Both the position numbers and the translations under genes were made by a program. Positions 26,900 to 32,000 of a stretch of 32,000 bases of DNA are shown here, piece after piece. Origin of the DNA: Cereibacter sphaeroides 2.4.1 (lineage in GTDB: Bacteria > Pseudomonadota > Alphaproteobacteria > Rhodobacterales > Rhodobacteraceae); the NCBI RefSeq assembly GCF_000012905.2, contig NC_007493.2:3150001-3182000 (forward strand), given 5' to 3'. Below the pieces are notes generated by a model. It was not told where the DNA came from. It saw only the letters and a program-made list of their open reading frames with translations, and did not search any database. Every line of letters starts with the position of its first letter. The stretch's first letter is position 1.

Positions 26900-27760
26900 A
26901 TGACGCCGGAAGCCTATTCGCTGATCCGCCCGGAGCGGCGCGACACCTCCGTGATCTTTTCCTCGCCGCACAGCGGGCGGGATTATCCGGCTTCGTTGGT
27001 GGGGCGCACGATTCTCGACGAACGGATGCTGCGCTCATCGGAAGATGCGTTCGTGGACGAGCTCTTCTCCTGCGCGCCGCGGCTGGGGGCCCCGCTGCTG
27101 ATGGCCCGGGTGCCGCGCGCCTATGTCGACATGAACCGCTCGGCCGACGAGATGGATCCGGCGCTGATCGAGGGCATCTCGCGGGCGCCGCACAATCCGC
27201 GCGTCAGCTCGGGGCTCGGGGTGATTCCCCGCGTGGTGGCGAACGGGCGGCCGATCTACCGGGGCAAGATGCCGCTGGCCGAGGCCGAAGCGCGGATCGC
27301 CCGCTACTGGACCCCCTATCATCAGGCGCTGCGGACGCTGATCGACGAGAGCCAGGCGCTCTTCGACGAGGCGGTGCTGGTCGATTGCCATTCCATGCCG
27401 CATGAGGCCATCGAAACCCACGCCCGCCCCGGCCAGCCCACGCCCGAGGTTGTGCTCGGCGACCGGTTCGGCGCGGCCGCCTCGCGCACCGTGGTCGACC
27501 GGATCGAGGCGGCCTTCGTCTCGGCGGGTCTCCGGGTCGTGCGCAACGCGCCCTTCGCAGGCGCCTATATCGCGCAGGCCTACGGGCGCCCCTCGCGCAA
27601 TCAGCATGTGGTGCAGGTCGAGGTGGACCGCTCCCTCTACATGGACGAGGCGCGGATCGAGCGCAGCGCGCGGTTCCCGGCCTTCGCAACACTCATGACC
27701 TCGGTCGTGGCCGAGATCACCGGCATCGGCCGCCCGGCCCTGCCGCTCGCGGCAGAGTGA
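26900..27760 (+). CDS. N-formylglutamate amidohydrolase family protein (FGase, PF05013-like)
   Basis: VIFSSPHSGRDYP, RAYVDMNR and LVDCHSMP motifs are typical of FGase/HutG-type zinc amidohydrolases. GAAGGAAG RBS. Confidence 0.8.
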   Translation: MTPEAYSLIRPERRDTSVIFSSPHSGRDYPASLVGRTILDERMLRSSEDAFVDELFSCAPRLGAPLLMARVPRAYVDMNRSADEMDPALIEGISRAPHNPRVSSGLGVIPRVVANGRPIYRGKMPLAEAEARIARYWTPYHQALRTLIDESQALFDEAVLVDCHSMPHEAIETHARPGQPTPEVVLGDRFGAAASRTVVDRIEAAFVSAGLRVVRNAPFAGAYIAQAYGRPSRNQHVVQVEVDRSLYMDEARIERSARFPAFATLMTSVVAEITGIGRPALPLAAE

Positions 27761-27763
27761 GCC

Positions 27764-29017
27764 TCAGCGCAGGGACCGGCCCTTGATGATCGCGTCGTGG
27801 CCGAAGCGGGCGCGGATCGCGTCGGTCGCGCGCTCGGCGGCGATGCGCCGCCCGGCATTCGGGTCGAGGAGGTCGCCCGTCAGGTCCGCCTCGGCCGCCC
27901 CGGCCAGATCCGAGATGCCGACGCCGATCAGCCGGAACGGCCCGGCGGTGCGCGCGCCGTCGAACAGGGCGCGCGCCTCGCGGTAGATCCGGTCCGCCGA
28001 TTGCGTGGGCCCGGCGAGCGCATGCCGGCGGGTGACGAGGGCGAAGTCCGTCCGCTTCAGCTTCAGCGTCACGGTGCGCCCGGAGAGCCCGCGCGCCTTG
28101 GCCCTGTCCGAGACCTGCTCGGCCAGCCGCCAGAGATGGCCGTCGAGGATCTCGGGATCGGCGGTGTCCTCGTGGAAGGTCGTCTCCTTCGACACCGATT
28201 TCAGCGCATGGTCGGCCGAGACGCGGCGGCGGTCCTCACCCCGCGCCAGATGCCACAGCCGCTCGCCCGTCTGGCCGAAGCGGGCCACGAGATCGGCCTT
28301 CTCCCAGCGCAGCAGATCCTCGATCGTGCGGATGCCCGCGCGCTCCAGCGCGCTCTGGGTGGCGGTGCCCACGCCCCAGATGATGCGGACGGGCTTCTTG
28401 CGCAGGAAAGCATCCGTCTCGGCGCGGCCGATCACCGAGAAGCCGCGCGGCTTGTCGAGGTCGGACGCGATCTTGGCCAGGAACTTGTTGTGCGAGAGCC
28501 CGACCGAGCCGGTGATGCCGAGCTCCTCCTCCATCCGCCGCAAAAGCCGCGCGAGGAGCACCGCTGGCGGCGCGCCATGCAGCCGCTCGGTGCCCGAGAG
28601 ATCGAGGAAGGCCTCGTCGAGCGACAGGGGCTCGATGGCCGGGGTGAGATCCTCCATCATCGCACGGATCTGGCGCGAGACCCCGGCATAGACGTCGATC
28701 CGCGGCTTCACCACGGTGGCTTCGGGGCAGAGCTTCAGCGCCTGAAACATCGGCATGGCCGAGCGCACGCCCGAGATCCGGGCGATGTAGCAGCAGGTCG
28801 AGACGACGCCGCGGCTGCCGCCCCCAACGATCAGCGGCTTGTCCCGGAGCGAGGGATCGTCGCGCTTCTCGACGCTGGCATAGAAGGCGTCGCAGTCCAT
28901 GTGCGCGATGGAGAGCGAGAACAGCTCGGGATGGGCCGTCACGCGGGGCGAGCGGCAGGCGGGGCAGCGGGTGCCGCCGTCGAAGGGCGTGAGGCAGTCG
29001 CGGCAGAGGGCGGGCAT
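27764..29017 (-). CDS. dinB: DNA polymerase IV (Y-family) with an N-terminal CxxC-x9-CxxC extension
   Basis: IAHMDCDAFYASVEKRDDPSLRDKPLIVGG and SLDEAFLDLSG are the catalytic Asp/Glu motifs. A C-terminal little-finger region is present. I use the ATG at 29017 (MPALCRDCL...). ATG 29113 / TTG 29116 remain possible; none has a good SD. Confidence 0.88.
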   Translation of the reverse strand: MPALCRDCLTPFDGGTRCPACRSPRVTAHPELFSLSIAHMDCDAFYASVEKRDDPSLRDKPLIVGGGSRGVVSTCCYIARISGVRSAMPMFQALKLCPEATVVKPRIDVYAGVSRQIRAMMEDLTPAIEPLSLDEAFLDLSGTERLHGAPPAVLLARLLRRMEEELGITGSVGLSHNKFLAKIASDLDKPRGFSVIGRAETDAFLRKKPVRIIWGVGTATQSALERAGIRTIEDLLRWEKADLVARFGQTGERLWHLARGEDRRRVSADHALKSVSKETTFHEDTADPEILDGHLWRLAEQVSDRAKARGLSGRTVTLKLKRTDFALVTRRHALAGPTQSADRIYREARALFDGARTAGPFRLIGVGISDLAGAAEADLTGDLLDPNAGRRIAAERATDAIRARFGHDAIIKGRSLR

Positions 29018-29143
29018 GGGGGGATCATACAGCGGGACCGACGGCTGCGGTAGATCGACCGTCGCCCCTCGCGCAGGTGCGCCCTCCTTGCGCTGCGGTG
29101 TCCTTCGCGGCATCAAGGGCCGGAAGAGCAGTCAGGAGGCAGC

Positions 29144-30025
29144 ATGGACCCGGCGGATTTCATCGGCGGCAATGCCGTCCTACTGGCGCTCGCCGCCTTC
29201 CTCATCCTCTGCGTCTTCCTCGGCGTGCGAATCGTGCCGCAGTCGCAGAAACATGTGGTCGAGCGGTTCGGCCGGCTGCGGGCGGTGCTGGGGCCGGGGA
29301 TCAACTTCGTGGTGCCCTTCCTCGACGTGGTCGCCCACAAGATCTCGGTGCTCGAGCGGCAGCTGCCCAATGCGATGCAGGATGCGATCACCGCCGACAA
29401 CGTGCTGGTGAAGGTCGAGACCTCGGTCTTCTATCGCATCACCGAGCCCGAGAAGACCGTTTACCGGATCCGCGACGTCGACGCCGCCATCGCCACCACG
29501 GTGGCCGGGATCGTGCGCAGCGAGATCGGCAAGCTCGAGCTCGATCAGGTGCAGTCGAATCGCGCCGACCTGATCCAGAAGGTGCGCGAGCAGGTCGCGG
29601 CCATGGTGGATGACTGGGGCATCGAGGTGACGCGCGCCGAGGTGCTCGACGTCAATCTCGACGATGCGACCCGTGCGGCCATGCTTCAGCAGCTGAATGC
29701 CGAGCGGGCGCGGCGGGCGCTGGTGACCGAGGCCGAGGGCCGCAAGCGCGCGGTCGAGCTGAATGCCGATGCCGAGCTCTATGCCGCCGAGCAGGAGGCC
29801 AAGGCGCGCCGTGTGCTGGCCGATGCCGAGGCCTATGCCACCGGCGTGATCGCCGAGGCGATCCGCGAGAACGGGATCGAGGCCGCGCAATATCAGGTGG
29901 CGCTGAAGCAGGTCGAGGCGCTGACCGCCGTCGGGCAGGGCGAGGCCAAGCAGCTCATCGTGGTGCCCGCCTCGGCGATGGATGCCTTTGCCGATGCCTT
30001 CCGGATGCTGAAGGGGCGGGCATGA
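29144..30025 (+). CDS. SPFH/Band 7 (stomatin/QmcA-like) membrane protein
   Basis: An N-terminal TM (VLLALAAFLILCVFLGV) is followed by the SPFH core (VPQSQKHVVERFGR...VDVVAHKISV...) and a coiled-coil Ala/Glu-rich C-terminus. CAGGAGG RBS. Confidence 0.9.
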   Translation: MDPADFIGGNAVLLALAAFLILCVFLGVRIVPQSQKHVVERFGRLRAVLGPGINFVVPFLDVVAHKISVLERQLPNAMQDAITADNVLVKVETSVFYRITEPEKTVYRIRDVDAAIATTVAGIVRSEIGKLELDQVQSNRADLIQKVREQVAAMVDDWGIEVTRAEVLDVNLDDATRAAMLQQLNAERARRALVTEAEGRKRAVELNADAELYAAEQEAKARRVLADAEAYATGVIAEAIRENGIEAAQYQVALKQVEALTAVGQGEAKQLIVVPASAMDAFADAFRMLKGRA

Positions 30026-30291
30026 TCTGGTCGGTCTGGTGGATCTGGGTGGTGGCGGGGCTTCTGCTCGGGATCGTCGAGATCCTCGTGCCGGGCTTCG
30101 TCTTCCTGGGCTTCGCCGTGGGCGCGGTGGCCATCGGACTTCTGATCTGGATCGGGCTCGAGGCCGGGCTGCCGCTGCTGCTCGTGCTGTTCGCTCTCAT
30201 GTCGCTCGCGGTCTGGCTCGCGCTGCGCCGGATGTTCGGCCTGCCCTCGGGCTCGGTGAAGATCTGGGACCGCGACATCAACGATAACTGA
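30022..30291 (+). CDS. NfeD-like membrane protein, short form (89 aa, no OB-fold)
   Basis: MIWSVWWIWVVAGLLLGIVEILVPGFVFLGFAVGAVAIG is the NfeD N-terminal membrane pattern (W..AG..L...E...PG). ATGA overlap with the SPFH stop at 30022-30025. Only about 22 residues follow the last TM. Confidence 0.7.
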   Translation: MIWSVWWIWVVAGLLLGIVEILVPGFVFLGFAVGAVAIGLLIWIGLEAGLPLLLVLFALMSLAVWLALRRMFGLPSGSVKIWDRDINDN

Positions 30292-30299
30292 TCCGCGCA

Positions 30300-30346
30300 A
30301 GACGGGGCCGGCCCCCGCATGTCGGACTGTGGCCGGATGCCCGTCT
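30300..30346 (+). terminator. Imperfect long hairpin just after the SPFH/NfeD pair (possible terminator, no U tract)
   Basis: agacggg (30300-30306) pairs with cccgtct (30340-30346). The inner ccggcc (30308-30313) pairs with ggccgg (30331-30336). Confidence 0.4.
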
Positions 30347-30598
30347 GAAAGCCCGCACCGTGGCGGGATTGCGCAGCCTTGCCAATACCTCCGGGAGGGA
30401 CATGAGTGCCGCCCGCGCCGTCATTCGGGCAGTCCTGCCAGAGCAACGCCGCGGCCTTCCACACGACAGCTTCCCGGCCGGTTGGCGGGCTTCCGCTCTC
30501 CCGCCGCGCGTCCTCCCGCTGCGATGGAACCGTGGGGGGCGAGTCCTGTTTTGATCCCAAGGAAATGTCTGTTTTACGAAAACAGGAAGGAGGATCTG

Positions 30599-30940
30599 AT
30601 GTCTGACTACCGTCGCGACCCGACCCCGAACAACCGCACCACGGCCGAACGGCCGGTCGAAGGCTCGGCTTCGCGCACCATGTGGTATGTCGTGGGTGCG
30701 GTCATCGTGCTGCTTCTGGTGCTGTGGTTCCTCTTCGGCGGCATGAGTGCCACGAATGACGCGACCATGACCACGCCGCCTGCCGCGACGACCACGACCG
30801 AGCCCGCCGCTCCGCCGCCGGCCACCGCGCCTGCGCCCGAGGCCACCACGCCTGCGCCGGCCGAGCCCGCGCCCGCTCCCGAGGCGGCTCCGGCGACGCC
30901 CGCGCCCGACGCGACCGCTCCGGCCGCGCCCGCGCAGTAA
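30599..30940 (+). CDS. Hypothetical single-pass membrane protein with a Pro/Ala/Thr-rich tail
   Basis: ATG at 30599 follows AGGAAGGAGG. MSDYRRDPTPNNRTTAERPVEGSASRT, then TM MWYVVGAVIVLLLVLWFLFGG, then about 65 residues that are almost only P/A/T/E. Confidence 0.6.
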   Translation: MSDYRRDPTPNNRTTAERPVEGSASRTMWYVVGAVIVLLLVLWFLFGGMSATNDATMTTPPAATTTTEPAAPPPATAPAPEATTPAPAEPAPAPEAAPATPAPDATAPAAPAQ

Positions 30941-30944
30941 CGGC

Positions 30945-31643
30945 TCAGCCGCGGGTCGGAAGCTCTGCCTGAACGGCGAGAGCCGCGGCCCGCGGATCCC
31001 CGGCCTGCCAGATCGGCCGGCCGACGACGATATGGTCCGCCCCGTCCGCGATCGCGCGGGCGGGGGTCGCCACCCGCTTCTGATCTCCGAGCGCGGCGCC
31101 CGTGGGCCGCACGCCCGGCGTCACGATCAGCCGCCCCGCCGCCTGCGGCAGGGCCCGGATCGCCGCCGCCTCCTGCGGGCTCGCGATCACCCCATGCGCG
31201 CCCGCATCCAGCGCCCGTGCCGCCCGCTCGAGCGTGATCTCGGCCAGATCGCCCGCCCGGATCATGTTCGCATCGAGATCCGCCCGGTCGAGCGAGGTCA
31301 GCACCGTCACCGCGAGGATGCGCAGCCCGCTGCCCGAGGCGCCCTGCACCGCGGCCCGCACCACCTGCGGATCGCCATGGACCGTCAGGAAATCGAGATC
31401 GTAGCTCGCGAAGCCCCGCACGGCGGCCTCGACGGTCGCGCCGATGTCGAAGAGCTTCATGTCGAGGAAGATGCGCTTGCCCCGTTCCTGCTTCAGCTCG
31501 TTGGCCAGCGCGAGGCCGCCGCCGGTCAGCATGCCCAAGCCGATCTTGTAGAACGAGACCGCATCGCCGAGCCGCTCCGCGAGATCCAGCCCCTGCACGA
31601 CGTTCGGCACATCGAGTGCCACGATCAGACGGTCGTCGGCCAT
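30945..31643 (-). CDS. pyrF: Orotidine 5'-phosphate decarboxylase
   Basis: MADDRLIVALDV...FYKIGL...IFLDMKLFDIGATV (active-site DxKxxD) ...IVVGRPI. 232 aa from the ATG at 31643. Confidence 0.93.
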   Translation of the reverse strand: MADDRLIVALDVPNVVQGLDLAERLGDAVSFYKIGLGMLTGGGLALANELKQERGKRIFLDMKLFDIGATVEAAVRGFASYDLDFLTVHGDPQVVRAAVQGASGSGLRILAVTVLTSLDRADLDANMIRAGDLAEITLERAARALDAGAHGVIASPQEAAAIRALPQAAGRLIVTPGVRPTGAALGDQKRVATPARAIADGADHIVVGRPIWQAGDPRAAALAVQAELPTRG

Positions 31644-31746
31644 GGGAAGCTCCTTGCTGCTGAGGTCGGGCGGGTGATGGGACGAGGGCTGCTGCGTGTC
31701 AAGCCGGGCCATTCCGTCGGGCCGCGGCGGCTGCTATCGGTGGCCC

Positions 31747-32000
31747 ATGCTCATCGCCTTCGACATCGGCGGATCCCGCATCCGCGCCGCCCGCGCCTTC
31801 GCCCCCGACGACCTGGAGCCTCTGGGCGAGCGGCCGATGCCTCTGAGCTTTCCGGGCTTCGTCGCGGCTCTGCGCGACCTCATGCCGGAGGAGGCCACGT
31901 CGCTCGCCATCGCCATCGCGGGCGTGGTCGATCCCGACACGGGCCGCATCACCGCGGCCAATTTGCCGGCTGTCAACCGCCGGGCGCTGGCCGCCGATCT
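31747..32000 (+). CDS. ROK family sugar kinase/regulator-like protein, N-terminal 84 codons (runs off the right edge)
   Basis: The ATG at 31747 gives MLIAFDIGGSRIRAARAF...SLAIAIAGVVDPDTGRITAANLP, the DIGG(T/S) phosphate-1 motif and G.VD motif of the ROK/ASKHA fold. Not in the track because it is open-ended. Confidence 0.7.
   Translation, partial: MLIAFDIGGSRIRAARAFAPDDLEPLGERPMPLSFPGFVAALRDLMPEEATSLAIAIAGVVDPDTGRITAANLPAVNRRALAAD

Noticed and set aside
30360-30606. 64- and 66-aa plus-strand ORFs, and 29955-30560(-) of 201 aa, in the leader upstream of 30599.
   Set aside because: None has an SD. Their composition is Arg/Pro/Ser-rich. They overlap each other and the predicted hairpins. The downstream ATG at 30599 has a near-perfect SD.

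Overview
High-G+C alphaproteobacterial chromosomal core DNA (G+C not computed exactly). From memory, not a database search, the cytochrome bc1 proteins (Rieske [23 protein letters not shown]..., cytochrome b [24 protein letters not shown]..., cytochrome c1 [22 protein letters not shown]...) look like Cereibacter (Rhodobacter) sphaeroides fbcFBC/petABC or a very close relative. I support 34 CDS. Two are open-ended at the window edges, and L36/rpmJ is too short to appear in the ORF track. I also support one tRNA-Val(GAC), one TPP riboswitch in front of thiBPQ, and several intrinsic-terminator-like hairpins. Gene content is mostly housekeeping: asd, rlmN, amn, HU, aroC, thiBPQ, petABC, rpmJ, dinB, pyrF, plus transporters, peptidases and glycosyltransferases. 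I see no rRNA, CRISPR array, transposase, integrase or phage genes. Most very long ORFs in the track are GC-driven shadow or antisense frames. Several real genes needed their starts moved inward or split out of artefactual fused ORFs. I do not see a convincing self-contained novel multi-gene system. The leads most worth a second look are: (1) a cysteine-free 208-aa protein with eukaryote-type GT29 sialyl-motifs L/S/VS, translationally coupled to a GT4 enzyme; (2) a 505-bp non-coding spacer upstream of petA, about 80% G+C in its core; (3) Pol IV with an N-terminal CxxC-x9-CxxC extension and no alphaproteobacterial SOS box; (4) an SPFH protein coupled to an 89-aa NfeD-like protein that lacks the OB-fold, followed by a 307-bp structured leader and a Pro/Ala/Thr-rich membrane protein; (5) an orphan 127-aa protein that resembles an HPt domain without the phospho-accepting His. 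All family assignments come from motif recognition by eye and need HMM or BLAST confirmation.
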